NCBI GenBank assembly: GCA_030390025.1
Contig: CM059433.1
Location: 20,338,001 to 20,402,000, forward strand
Direction of reading: 5' to 3'
Source of the DNA: Squalus acanthias
Taxonomy: Eukaryota
DNA length: 64,000 nucleotides
Shown: positions 1 through 13,099 of the stretch, one piece after another
Layout: each line of letters opens with the position of its first letter
How positions within the stretch are numbered: position 1 is the first letter of the stretch
The notes under the pieces: model-generated
The model's input: the letters and a program-made list of their open reading frames with translations, nothing else
Databases searched by the model: none
What the model was told of the DNA's origin: nothing
Program-made: the position numbers and the translations under genes

Positions 1-386
1 CTTTTTTTTCTGGAAGTTAACCCACACTACCTTCTATCTACATATGATAGCAAGACTTGAGAGCATAACAATGAAACTCCCTTGTAAACTGGACCAAATC
101 TCCGTGTCTTTCACACACACACATCCTAAATTGTTCGGAAAGTGGATCGAGTTAACACTAGAGGCAAAATTTGGTTTGAAGTGTAAGTTGCTTTATTCCA
201 CAGTAAGGTGAATTGTACAGCGCAATTGGTATGGCCACTTAGTTCAATTGGTACAACTTAAATTTGTGTTCTGATTGAAAATAAAGAACATACAATGCCA
301 CCTCTACTCTGGTGGGTGATCTTATTTAATTTAAAAATGAGAAGTCGCACAACACCAGGTTATAGTCCAACAGTTTTATTTAAAAT

Positions 387-422
387 TACAAGCTTTCGGA
401 GCTGCTGCTCCTTCGTCAGGTA
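387..422 (-). ncRNA. Minimal type-I hammerhead ribozyme motif (Penelope pLTR)
   Basis: Minus strand reads TAC-CTGACGA-A-GGAGC(AGCA)GCTCC-GAAA-GC-TT-GTA: CUGANGA core, stem II, GAAA, palindromic AGCU stem III, UH = UU. Confidence 0.75.
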
Positions 423-684
423 GAGGTACAGTGAGGGAATCTAATACACAGTATATATACACAGAGAGCGACTTGTCTGCAGAGATACAATCCGTCAGGA
501 AGGCACTACATCAAAGACACATCAGAGCACAGCCAAGACAATGAGGTGGGTCACAGGGGGTCCAACGTGTCAAATGCTGCCGTCTGCAGTTGAGCTCCTA
601 ACTTTTATTTTTTGTTGGTTTTTTTTTTGGTTGGTTTTTTTTTTGTGTTTTTTTTAAACTGGAAAGACAGACAACGATGTGACG

Positions 685-1320
685 TCACGTTCTGTAGCAT
701 GACATGAACCCGAGATCCCTATTGAGGCTGTCCTCATGGGTGCGGAACTTGGCTATCAGTTTCTGCTCGATGATTTTGCGTTGTCGTGTGTCTCGAAGGC
801 CGCCTTGGAGAACGCTAACCCGCAGATCCGAGGCTGAATGTCCTTGACTGCTGAAGTGTTCCCCGACTGGGAGGTAACAATCCTGCCTGGCGATTGTTGC
901 ACGGTGTCCGTTCATACATTGTCGCAGTGTCTGCATGGTCTCGCCGATGTACCATGCTCCGGGGCATCCTTTCCTGCAACGTATGAGGTAGACAACGTTG
1001 GCCGAGTCACATGAGTATGTACCATGTACCTGGTGGGTAGTGTCCTCACATGTGATGATGGTATCTGTGTTGATGATCTGGCATGTCTTGCAGAGGTTGC
1101 CGTGGCAGGGTTGTGTGGTGTCGTGGTCGCTGTTCTCCTGACAGCTGGGTAATTTGCTGCGAACGATGGTACTTTTGAGGTTAGGCGGCTGCTTGAAGGC
1201 GAGTAGTGGAGGCGTGGGGATGGCCTTAGCAAGGTGTTCGTCGTCATCGATGACATGTTGAAGGCTGCGAAGAACATGGCGTAGTTTCTCCGCTCCGGGG
1301 AAGTACTGGACGACGTAGGT
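685..1320 (-). pseudogene. C-terminal fragment of Penelope ORF (thumb/linker + GIY-YIG endonuclease)
   Basis: Manual translation is open: VVQYFPGAEKLRHVLRSLQH...PCHGNLCKTC...ANVVYLIRCRKGCPGAWYIGETMQTLRQCMNGHR...VGEHF...LNRD. No RT core. Confidence 0.88.
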
Positions 1321-1360
1321 GTCTGTGTATACTGTGTATTAGATTCCCCCACTGTACCTC

Positions 1361-1396
1361 TACCTGACGAAGGAGCAGCAGCTCCGAAAGCTCGTA
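1361..1396 (+). ncRNA. Minimal type-I hammerhead ribozyme motif (inverted pLTR copy)
   Basis: TAC-CTGACGA-A-GGAGC(AGCA)GCTCC-GAAA-GC-TC-GTA; predicted cleavage after C1393. Confidence 0.78.
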
Positions 1397-4300
1397 ATTT
1401 TAAATAAAACTGTTGGACTATAACCTGGTGTTGTGCGACTTCTCATTTTTGTCCACCCCAGTCCAACACCGGCATCTCCGCATCATGACCATTATTTAAT
1501 TTAACATAAGTAGAATAATCTCTCCCGAGGCAGAAACACTCTCCTTCTGCTGCCTGACTGCCTGGGCAGCTCTGTTTCCTAAAATAAGTCTGATTTTTTG
1601 ATGTCTGTGTTCTGATTTTTAAAAGTTGCTCTCACAGAACAACAGCGATCAAAAGGTTTTCCAAAGCCATGGTCAGAGGTCTTTCCAAACACCCAGACTA
1701 GCTAACAATTCACTCATCGCCCAGGCTCGAGAAGAAAGAACTTCCCATTTAGCATATTAACTATCTTTTATCTGGACTCTTTAATAAAAACGTGAGCATA
1801 CACATTGCTTTTGAAACTGTCAGCATTAAAAAGAATTACTTTTTCCAAAAGCTCTCTGCATGTGACAATGTGTCTTATTCGTCCAGACCTATAGAGTGAT
1901 TTTTTTTAAGCTGTGGGTAGTTTGCCCATTGGTGCTGCACTTATACATAATTTACAACATAGGAGGTTGGGAAGTTCCTTCGAACTGCTCCCATTCTGCT
2001 GCCACAACTGCCCAGAAGTGCAGTGCAATAAACTGGGTTTCTGCCGCACTTCCGGGGAAGAACAGCTCCAAGAAAATTCCAGCCATAGATTTAGCAAGAC
2101 ACTGTCCCTGTTATTATAGGATTGTATATTGTACCACTGGAGACCGTGTTGTATTTGTGTTTTGATAGACACCTGTTGAATAATAAATATGGTGCTGGTT
2201 AATTCTTGCCCATCTCAAGCCATTTTATTATTGCACGGTGAGCCAAGTACATAGTGAATTGCCCCATCACTTTTGTGCTCCCACTTTGCATAAAAGAAAC
2301 TTTTGTAGAATGCAGTGACCCTAACTTTTCCACACTCTGTGTATTGGGGCTGCCTGAAATTACCAATTGTGTTGCAATGATATGCGCTGCCCTGAAAGCC
2401 ACAGGTTCTAAATCTGACTCCATGAGCCCAGGAGGCTATCAGCTAAACTTCCACAAATGATTGAACCTGCAGTTTAGCTCAGAACTTTCGTGAGCGCGGG
2501 CCTCCATTAAGGGAACAATACAGTTTGCAAACATTACATTCGGGCTCTTTGTAGGTTGATGTCCCCACTGCAAATTCTAGTTATTATCTAAGATCAGCAG
2601 GTAAACTTTCTGAAAGAATGAGGATAATCAAAGCACAACATGTTGGGCGAGATGTTATTACCACATGTGACTAATTGATTCTAAGCACCGTGGTTTAAAG
2701 ACTTCCTCCAGTTGTTGGCATTCGGAAGGCTTCAGCAAATCCACATGAAAATTTTGTTGTAGTTTATGCTAACCCAGCCTGCTTTTGTGTCACCATCAGA
2801 GTGCACTGAGGAGGTGTTAAAGTGACCATAAACCTACTATTCCCCCTTATATTTTAGAGCTAGAGCTTATATAACCCTGGTAGAAATAGGTAGAACCTTT
2901 AGGAGCTCCTGTTCCACCTGGAACAGTAGTCGGAATATGCTGGGAGGTTTTTTCAATTTTGTCTGAGAATGGCTAGATAGTGACACAGAGATAACAATCC
3001 TACTGGGATGAGTCTCATGCACTTCTGAAAATCATAACAAATATTTTGCAGGACTCTATATGCTACATTACTGATGAATTGCTCATGCCTGCCCTTCCAC
3101 ACGCCCCCACACCTGGTAGCAATGTGGAGCAATCTACATTGTAGTTGATAGGGGATTCAAATAAACTGCTTTCTTTATGCCATCTCAATCATTGCAATCA
3201 TGCCAATTAGCGGCAATACAAAAACAAATCAAATTTGACCTATTTTTACTAATTATTGAAAAATCTTCAGCCATAATTCAGGATACCACCAAGGTTAAAA
3301 AAATTGAATTAACATGCTAGTTAGATGAATGATGCCAACCTCTGGTTTTAAACACTTGTAGATTGCGCAAGGAAAGGAAGATTGAGGGAAATTAAGAGTT
3401 ACAGTATTGAGATCCGGAGAAAGAATAAATTAGAGTAGGAAACTGTGCAATGAAGCTTGCCTTCAACACAGTAGAACGCAATGATGCACCTGGAATAGTT
3501 CCATTTCTCCTGTGTCTCCTGATCCTTTCTTAATTATTGCCATCGATTTCACAGATTCTTCTTTTTTGCCTTCTTTAGTTCTTATTATTTTTCATGCCTC
3601 GTAGCTCAGTCCTGCTTTATATGCACCTTGTGCCTCAGCACATTCTATGTACTCAGGTTCCTCTGATCTACATCGGGGAGCTGGAGTTGGTTGATTTCCG
3701 CGGAGCAGATCTCCGCTTCTTGAGTTTTCGTTCACAAAATTGCCTTGGATCCAATTACCTTTGGTAGTGGAAGATGTAATGGAACACCAGCTCTAAATAA
3801 GACACATGATTCGATGTCATCACGTGACTAGGTGCACTGGGGAAGAAGGGAATAAGAAAAATCTGCTTGGCTTATCGAGCACATTATTTCCAACAAACTT
3901 ATCATGGGCTCTATATTTAATCTCCTAAGAGAAGTGAATAACCACACAAGATAAAGATTTTCCCCCTAGCTTCTGTGAAATGTCTCCCTCATCCCAAAGA
4001 TAACCCAGTGAAACTGCATGATATCAATTTAATGTTAAAATCTGCATTATTCAACTCTTATCAATTGGGTTCCATTATTCCACAACAGACAAAAAATAGT
4101 GCTTTATAGAGTATTTCATCATCTAAGTTCAGATATATCCTTCAAATGTTCTACTCTTTTGATACATTAATAACTCATATTAAAGGATTTAATCAGCACA
4201 GCAATAACTGCTTTTGATGACAGTTGGTCCCATGTATCTGCTACTCTCTGGGGAGGAAAACAAAGCCAATTTCTAGCTTTGTTTTAGGCTTGTTAGCTTT

Positions 4301-4481
4301 TTTTCCTATAATTCATATCCAGTAGTTCAGTAATCACAAATTCACACGATAACCATGCTGACTGGAGGCCATTGAGAGGAGACATCATTGTGAAGTTAGT
4401 CCAAGGTCACACTATCAAAATAGTTACTTCAGCAAAGGTCTACTCCCACCTAAAGCGTGAATCACCACTTTCAGGAGAAAA

Positions 4482-4670
4482 TAAGAACATAAGAAATAGG
4501 AGCAGGAGTAGACCATACGGCCCCTTGAGCCTGCTCCGTCATTCAATAAGATCATGGCTGATCTTTTACCTCTAATCCACTTTCCCACCCGATCCCCATA
4601 TCCCTTGATTCCCTTAGTGTCCAAAAATCTGTCACTCAGTCATCAACGACTGAGCATCCACAGCCTTGCA
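4482..4670 (-). mobile_element. CR1 LINE 3' end fragment
   Basis: Minus strand encodes TKGIKGYG...; 3' UTR resembles the intact CR1 at 39880-40025; TTCTTATG-type tail. Confidence 0.8.
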
Positions 4671-5110
4671 TTGCAAGCAAAGCTTACAATTGTGACACAA
4701 TTCCCTCCCTGCTAAAATTGGGCCATTTTGGACATAATCACAGCATAACCCTGGATACTCCTCTCCATGGGTAGTAATAGCCTGGTTCATCCCCTAAATG
4801 CAACCAGTCCAAGTGAACAGAGATCATGAAGTCTAGCCCTCAAGATAATCAGGGGCAGAGTTGCAAGAAAGAAGGTTTGTTGCAGCCTCCTCCTGCTGAA
4901 TACTCTTGGAACAGATGACCTTGAGTGCTGTCCAATGGGGACATGAATCACCATTTATAAAAAAAACACGTTTGGCAGTACAGCAACACACTGAACTAGT
5001 ACTGAAAATGGGGAGACAAGCCTATAATCAGTTATTCCTCACACAATTGTCGCATTCCACCACCTTTTGTGTTAACCAGTTATTGCCAAGATAATGGCAG
5101 TGGCAACACT

Positions 5111-5834
5111 GGGGGAGAATTTTAACCCCACTTCGCCCATTTTTCTGACATAAAATGGGGGCAAAAATGATTTATTTTCTGGCGCAGACTTGATGGGCTG
5201 ACTGACCTCCTTATGTGCTGTACTATTCTATGATTCTATGTCCCGTGCACCAAGGACACCTGAAATATCTCCGATGCCATATCGGCTCAGGTGATATTCA
5301 GGCAAAGCTGGTGCTGCCTTAAACAGGCAATAGGCCCCTTGCCTATACCAGTAAGGGCCTAACACCAGTTTAAGTACCCCACCCTGAAGCTGGTCAAAAC
5401 CTAGACGGAGCTTGCGCTGCTCAAGTTCTGGCTAATTTTTCAGGCTCGATAGCAGCCTAACCAGTGGTTAGGGGCCGGAGGTTACCGAAGACAAAGTAAG
5501 TGAACTTATTTTAACTCTGTGAATGTGAGCTAGTAGGAACAGGAATGCTCCTCCTGGGCCCACAACAATACTGCAGACCGCTGACGGCCCATGCTCTCCC
5601 CCATCCCATTGACCCCACCCCCCCCCTCTTCTTAGCATCAACCTGAGGGCCACTGCTGGCATTCAAGCCGGCCAATCATGCTCTCGTCCCGAGCTGCATC
5701 GGAACGCCCAATTGGTGGCCCCAGTTTCAGGGTAATGAGGCCCATGGACCAATTTCTGAAGATCCTTGGGCTGACCTCTTCGGGCGCGTGTTGCCAGTTT
5801 CGCGCCCGTAGTCGGGGGCTGACCAATTTCTCCT
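5111..5834. mobile_element. GC-rich non-autonomous DNA transposon remnant (Harbinger-like)
   Basis: Ends ggggagaatt / aatttctcc. Internal segments (ctgctcctcctgggcccaca-like; agggcctaa...cagtttaag) are shared with 30981-32090 and 45870-46509. Confidence 0.45.
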
Positions 5835-6479
5835 GCACTGTCTCCTTTGGAAGTCAAAATTCTCACCACAGTTTGATTGAGATTGGATGCAATAGAGAAT
5901 CATTATGGAGAGGTGTGAGGGAGAAGAAAAACATTGAAAATTCTCTGTCAGTATACCAATAGTTTGACAACACGCTGACAGCCAATTACAGAGTTAAATA
6001 TTGATTCCAGTCACCTGATTAAAGCCACCTCATCTTTCTTCAAGGCCAAGGAGTGATATTTTAAAAGATTTCTACAAGGAAATAAAGAGCTGTAAATCTT
6101 GAGATACAACAGGTAGTTGAAGTTAACAAACAAATGATAATTACAAGAGCCTGTGAGGGTAATAGGACGGCGGTTTGTAGACATCAACAAGGGAGACCGT
6201 TTTATTTAAATAGCACTGTGAATGGTGGAAATAGAAAATGAAGATAGAAAATGCTGGAAACGCACAGCAGATCAATCAGCATCTGAACTCATTTACCAGA
6301 AAAGACCTCAACCCAAAATATTAATCTCCCTTTGCACTTTCCAGGCTACTGGGCCTGCTGTGTACTTCCAGTATTATTTTTTTCAAAGCTATGTATGTAA
6401 TAGATGAAAGGTATCAGACTAGATTGTCAAGGGGTAGAAATATTCTAAAGGATCAGAAAACGGCAGCGGCATTAAAAGA

Positions 6480-8400
6480 GTTTGTCATGTCTGACTTTGC
6501 AAATTAATACAATGGACAAATTCTGGATATAATTATTTGAGCTCAGAAATCTATAATATATGCTGACATCAATAAATTATCTGTTACGAAGAAACTGAAC
6601 AATTAAACATATGTTAACTGAAACAAGTGGCACACACCCAAAAACGCTGAAGGAAAGGAGGAAATCTTTGACATTCGGGTTCATATTTTCTGCTAGAATT
6701 CTTTGAGGTTAGTTCAGAAGTTACAATTCGCTTGGATTTGTCAAAGGCAAGTCACAAAATTCCACCTATGAAACTCATAAAGGAGGGAAAGCTGCATGAA
6801 AATAATGGTACATGAGGCAACTGGATTGAAAAGCAGATTGACAATAAAAAGTAGATTATGATCAATGGACAAGGCTCTGTTGGGGGTGCGGTGGGTAAGT
6901 GAAAAGCAAAGTTCTGCAGGAATCTATTCTTCGACCCTTGCTCTTGGCAATTTTATTAAATGATGCAGAGCTGGGTAATTTTTGTCAGATTCTAAAATTT
7001 GCTGATGTAGTGGAAGGAAGATGGAGAACATTCAAAAGGATTGCAAGACATTACCTGGCAGGGATGGAGAAAATCATTTGGTATTTGAGGTGGATACAGA
7101 TAAGATGATGCACATTGGAACAGAAAACATGGGCACAGTAGATGGGTTCAAGAATTTTGAGTGTAATTACAAATCATTCATTGAAAATTCCTGTCCGTAT
7201 AAGGCTGCTATCAACAAAGTGAAATCAAATTCTAGGATAGATCGTGATTGTATCAAACCAAAACACGTTACTATAACTCTTTAGGACTCATTGTTAGGGT
7301 TGTGTTTGGAATATTAGATTGGAAGTAAACATTGGTAGTGGTATTATGCAAACACTTAACACATTCATATCAAGTCTCCATTCTCCATTATTTGAACAGA
7401 GGTGTTAACCTGTTTAAAAGTACAATTACATTGTTCATACAGTAGCATTGGCAACAGTAATTTCTAGTCTGTTGCATCCAGTTTGAGTTCCTACCTTCAC
7501 AAGGACATTGATTATAAATGTAGTCAAATGGGATGAGCTCATTCTGTTTCGCTCGCAGTCAACTCCGGAGAAGTGAATTGTTTTGTCCTCAATCTGCTGT
7601 TATATCTTTTACTACACGTTTTACCACAGCCCAGCACGTGAATATGGCCCTCTTTGATAACCAGGTTGATTTAATTGAATTTTTAAAATAACGGTTCAGA
7701 TATACTTTTCATCATGCGATCCTTTGGTGCGATTTCAGGGAGAAAATTAAAGCAGATTATATTTCTGCACCTGACAGAGTGTCAATAAATCTTCAAATAT
7801 TCGGATTGACTTAAGTTAGTACCTTTCTCAGGTGTTTTATATCACCATTGGCTTTATATTGTAAAGATGATTTCTTGGTCAAAATAAAACTGACTTTACA
7901 TAGAAAAGAAAATGATCAATAACATATCTATTTTGTTTAATCAGTTATACTTCAAAAAATATATTGATACATTGCAGAGGGTGAAGAGAATAGTGCAAAT
8001 ATGATTCTTATCTTAACAGTAAGGGGGAAAATTAGGATATGATCGCTGAACATGATTGCATGAAATTTATTTGATATTTTGAAGGGGTCATAGAATTGGA
8101 CTGGTTTTATTAGTTGAAAGGGAGCATGCTCCAAGCCTGCAACATGCTGAAAGGTGTAGCCAATGCTAAAGTAAATAAGATATTTAATTCAACGTGTGTT
8201 AGCAGAACTCAATGACACAGGCACACAACTCACAAGCCTCAAGTGAGTCTACAAGTTAGAAGGAATCTTTTCCCACAGACTAGTACATATATGGTGTAGA
8301 CTTCCATGAAAAGTAACTAATGATGTGTCAATTAAGTGCTTTAAAAAGGGACTAGCCAATTATTTGGTTAAGAATGGAACTGCATGCTAAGTAGGAAAAA
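6480..8400 (+). mobile_element. Old, fragmented CR1-type LINE (about 6480-7320 and 8090-8400)
   Basis: Decayed RT motifs (VLQESILRPLL = VPQGSVLGPLL; LKFADV = KFADD) and a decayed 3' coding region. Confidence 0.6.
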
Positions 8401-8479
8401 TTGATTTGGGTTTTAAATCTGGAGAGTGTTCATTTATGATAAATTTATTTTTCTCGTCAATCTTCTCTTGCAATTTTTG

Positions 8480-8850
8480 TCCCCTCCCTTCTTCTCCTGA
8501 ATGCATTAACTTTTCGCTGGGGCATGGTTTAGCACCACTCAAGTAGCCATTCTTTATGTTTGAGCCTTGGCCATAAGTGTCAGCAAGCTATTTGACTGTG
8601 AGGTGCATCGCAATCAAGCACCATCCTATCCTCAACCTCATGTGTGCACACATCTAGCAGGAATTGCCTGGATAGTGATCAGGAGTGATGACATTGGCCA
8701 GTTTTCCATTTCCTAACCCAGGGGAACTGAGAATAATGGTAGAACCCGTTAGTAGGTTAAGGTCAGCACAGGCCGGTGATTGATCCGGGACCTACCTCGT
8801 TGTTCAGTATGGCTCAGCTATACACTGGGTGAACTCACCGAGCCATCACT
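8480..8850 (-). mobile_element. Old SINE-like repeat (related copies at about 24430-24800 + and 60730-61050 -)
   Basis: Minus strand begins gatggctcggtgagt (A-box-like) and shares decayed blocks with the two other loci. Family not identified. Confidence 0.4.
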
Positions 8851-10079
8851 GAAGTCCATGGTGAAGTATTACTTATGAAAACAAAAGCATTTAGTGCAGG
8901 TTTGTTGTTTCTACAAATATCTTAAAATCTGCTAGAAGCATCTCAGTCCCTTGTGTTGCATTATTACTTCATTAATTCATTGTACCAGTAACACTTCATT
9001 ATCAATGTCATATTCAGGCCTTTCTCGAGCTGTTAAGTTTTGCACTGAGTGCATTTTTTGTGGACTTCCTGAAGCTCAGGGAAGTTGGGGAAAACCTAAT
9101 GCATTTCATTGAAGTCGCCGACAAACTGTAGAAAAACTTTGTTGAATGCGTTAGAAAACCAAACTTCGCAGAACTCAAGGGATTCCAAGAGAAAAGCACA
9201 CTCTGTGAAAAATATGTCATAACTTAATGTGATGAGAAACTTAAAACAAAATTTTAACTTTAGCTCAGAGTCTCTCTACATAACCCTGACTCAATGAAAG
9301 GGAAAAAAAATCATAGCTCGCGCTAATTAAAATTACCCTGCAACAGTAATAAGGGGTTACCAGCTTACGGCTGCTCATTTGGGAGGCATAACTGAAGAGA
9401 TGCAACATTCTGTGTACGACTAAAAAAAGCTAATTTATTTGATGTGATCCACAGCATACAGTGGCAATAGTTATAGATGTGATTAACGTGAGCATAACAA
9501 CAAAAGTCAGCTCTCAGAACTCTAGCGATGCAGCTTGAGCTGTGGCCACTATTTGCATAACATAAGAGAATCTAACTTCTATAGTCAAAGTGAACCAGTA
9601 ACAATGCTTGCTACTATCAAAAATAAGAGACAATGTTGATAAGGCAGAACATGTCACTCAGCATCTTTACTGCAGATGCTGATTGATCTGTTGTGTATTT
9701 TCAGCATTTTCATTTCAGATTCTCAGCATGTATAGCTTTCTCCTCTATCAATTTTAGCTCTATAAATTAAATGGCGTTATAGAAAAGGCATATGTCCTCT
9801 TTAATCTGATGAGAGATTAAATGATGTGTAGGAAGACGCGGGTCGGGTTCATGCCCTTCTGTTGGTGATGACTAATTGATCTGTCCTCTAGTTCAATGCG
9901 CTGTTTCAGACAGTTCAGCAGTGTCTGTCAGCAGGCAGACCAGTCTGTAGGGCAACTCTTGTACACCGATCAGCTTTTTAAAATCCTTTTGTGAAGCCTT
10001 GTTCTCTTTTCTTTTTCTCATCATGATGGGACAGGTAGATGCTTGTTGAATGCTACAGAATGGAAAGCGCATATTGAAT

Positions 10080-10470
10080 TGTGCATTTCAAACTCCCTAC
10101 GCCCCACCATTGGCGGCCGTGCCTTCAGCTGTCTAATCCCTAAGCTCTGCAATTTCCACCCTAAACATCTCTGCCTCTCCACCTCTCTCTTCTCCTTTAC
10201 GATGCTCCTTAAAACCTATCTGTTTGACCAAGCTTTTAGTCACCTATCCTAATATCTCCTTCTTTGGCTTGGTGTCAATTTTTGTCTGAGAATGCTCGTG
10301 TGAAGCATCTTGGGGCATTTTACTATATCAAAGTCGCTATGTAAATGCAATAAAATTGGAAACTGCTGGAAACTCTCAGCAGGTCAGGCAACATCTGTGG
10401 AGAGACAAACAGAGTTAACGTTTCAGGTCGGTGACCTTCCATCAAATGCAAGTTGTTGCTGTTGTTGTTG
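10080..10470 (+). mobile_element. L2-type LINE 3' end, interrupted by a solo Penelope pLTR
   Basis: Encodes IGGRAFS..PKL.N...LKTYLFDQAF, followed by an aaatgcaagttgttg tail. Same family as 22904-23195, 47527-48012 and 50318-50975. Confidence 0.8.
10351..10443 (-). mobile_element. Solo Penelope pLTR fragment (family B) with degenerate hammerhead
   Basis: Matches 54538-54640; flanked by aaatgcaa at 10343-10350 and 10444-10451. Core mutated to TTGATGG. Confidence 0.75.
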
Positions 10471-10609
10471 AATTCTTTCTCCAAAAGACAGTCTCCTCAT
10501 ACACCTCACAGCACAGTGTTGAACCCGGTGCATCAATTAAGGGCACAATACAAAATCTCAATGCCTGGAACAGCCTTGAGCATTTTAATATAGCTAATGT
10601 TCTTCTGGA

Positions 10610-11157
10610 ATTACATAGAATTTACAGCACAGAAACAGGCCATTCTGCCCAACTGGTCTATGCCGGTGTTTATGCTCCACACAAGCCTCCTCTCACTCTA
10701 TTTACTTCATCTCACCTATCAACATATCCTTCTATTCCTTTTTCCCTCATGTACTTATCAACTTCCCCTTAAATGCATCTATGCTATTCGGCTCAACCAC
10801 TTCATGTGGTAGCGAGTTCCACATTCTCACCACTCTCTGAGTAAAGAAGCTTCTTCTGAATTCCTTACTGGATTTATTAGTGACTATCTTAGATATATGA
10901 CTCCTAGTTTTGGTCTCCCCCACAAGTGGAAACATCTTCTCCACGTCTATTCTATCGAAACCCTTCATAAATTTTAAGACCTCGATCAGGTCACCTCTTA
11001 GTCTTCTCTTTTCTAGAGTCCCAGTTTGTTCAGTCTTTCCTGATAGATGTACCCTCTCGGTTCTGGTATCATCCTTGTAAATCATTTTTGCATTTTTTCC
11101 AGTGCTTCTATATCCTTTTTGTAACATAGAAACCAGAACTGTGCACAATACTCTTAA
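10610..11157 (-). mobile_element. CR1 LINE 3' fragment
   Basis: ORF 10747-11148 (LEKRRLRGDLIEV...FFTQRVVRMWNSLP), CR1 3' UTR and ATTCTATG-type tail. Confidence 0.88.
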
Positions 11158-13099
11158 GTATTGGAGTCTGATTTTTTTTTTAGTACTTTTGATAATACAT
11201 GATCTGCAACAATGGAGTTTATTCTAATGCATATACATTAAGGTGCTAAATATCTGAGATCAATCAGAGGATGCTTTATGTTAAAAGTTTCCTGCTTGTA
11301 GGAATATAAAGATGTATCATTGTAGAAAAGCAAAAGCATTGCTCATTGGCCCAGGCTAACCACATGATATGATCTGGTCATGTGGTCACCATGGATCACT
11401 CAGAACTTAATATTCAATTCCACAAAAATAAGTAAGGAAGCCATGTGCTGAATTTATACCCAATAAATTTAAATATTGCATTTCTTCTTGCTTTCTCTCC
11501 ACCTATTTCTGTTGTGCTCTGTCCCAACAGTCTTTCTTACCTCCTATTTTCACTCTTGGGGTCTTGCAAAATCCTGAATATTGATTTTGCCCTGCCTACC
11601 TCCTCCGGCAACTTGTTCACACCACCGACAGTTCCCAGCGTCTACATCATCTGCCTACAGCTCCCAAGGACCTCATTGCCTTTCTGAGCATCTTCCTCGC
11701 CATCTGTTTTCCTTCCCAGACTTCTGCCTCAAGCTACACCCACTTCATTTTTTTTCTCTCATCTTTAGCATAATTTCAATGTTATTTTTTTCTCCTCCAA
11801 CACCCACTCAAGTATATTATTGCTCACCACCAATTCCCCAGGGGTCCTTTTTTTTCTTGCTGCCAGTTCAATTGTCTAAACATAACTGACTGTAAATGTA
11901 GACTCATTCATTAACTGCTATATTTTACTAAATTGTGTCCCATGTCTCTAAATATAATTTGAGTTCAGGTCTGCCGAATCAGACACGACAGGACACAGAG
12001 ATTATCTCTGCACTGGGAGCCACGCCAACTGAGGTTCCCTTCTTCTGTGGAGAATTCACCGTTGCTCCCGGTCTAGGTGCAGATCCTCTCCCTTTATACC
12101 CTTCCCTATCACTGCTACATGACAGCTCTGGTCGCAACTCCCCTTTGCTTACCTGCAGGAGCTTTATTGTACTTTAACTGAGCAGATAGCAACCTTTTGC
12201 TGAATTAACAATTGTTGAATCTGGGGTCTAACTATTCGGTCTTGGGAATATACTGTTGTCTCCTCGGTCTTCAGACCTTTCTAATCCTCCCAACCTCAGC
12301 ACTTAACCACAAGGGCATTTATATGCCATCTTGTCTATTCCCTATTATGCTTCTTATTATGCAATTCCCATGCAGGGGCACCTGCTCAAGACATACAGAA
12401 CAGTCCAGACATTGATTAGCTATTTCAAAATATTGCGGCTCAAAACTATATTATTATGTTTTTCAGGTGAAAAGTTAAAATCTCACACAGCTGCAATGTG
12501 CTTAGCAACCTTATTATCTAAAAAAAAAATAAACTAGCAGATTCAATCAAATCAAGTCAGCCTGATTAACTTTTTTTCCATTCTGGTCTATTACATTCAC
12601 CAGAAGTAATTTTCTAACAGTCCCCCCACTTGTCACTCTGCAAATCGTGAAGAAAATGTGATTATCTATGACCTGGGAGTGATGCTGAACCCTCCACAGT
12701 GCCTTGGTTGGCATGGCTCCCAGGGCACTGTGTTCTGAATGGTAAGGTTGCCCCATAGTGGTGTGTGCTCTTGCTGCTACGGTTGCTGCTGTGCTGATAT
12801 GTTTTTAGCTTGTCACAAATAAAGGTTACATTGATTTTTATGTACCCATATACGTACTCGTGTCTGATTCGATAGGCCTGAACCCAAACTATATTTAGAG
12901 ACACGGTACATAATTTACTAACAAGGCACACAGAGTGGGAGACATACAAAAAAAGAGAAAGTCTACAGAAAGAGACTTTATGAAATTTATACAGATAGTG
13001 GGAGCCATACAGGACAGATTGAGTGAGGGAGAGACGTGCAGAAAAGTAACAAAATATTTATAGGTGAGGAAGGCCCTTTGGTCCATCATTCATCCAAAA

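Larger units (their letters stand above)
335..1491 (-). mobile_element. 5'-truncated Penelope-like element (family A) with inverted pseudo-LTR
   Basis: Minus-strand frame 1320->685 encodes a Cys linker and GIY-YIG endonuclease. 335-463 is repeated in inverted orientation at about 1322-1449. 13-bp direct repeat ttatttaatttaa at 322-334 and 1492-1504 (TSD). Confidence 0.9.

Noticed and set aside
1500..3200. Possible LTR/retroviral remnant
   Set aside because: No recognisable gag, pol or env motifs, PBS or paired LTRs could be established by eye.
3595..3792. Minus-strand terminal exon resembling a Tyr-motif cytoplasmic tail (EEPEYIEC...LSYEA)
   Set aside because: Short open frame with no recognisable homology and no phase-linked upstream exon.
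12858..12877. Minus-strand micro-exon AYRIRH joining 17094-17186 and about 9202 into ...AEHFNAYRIRHEVCFSLGIP
   Set aside because: The segment is part of the inverted repeat also present at 11925-11988, and all three frames are open, so there is no coding support.
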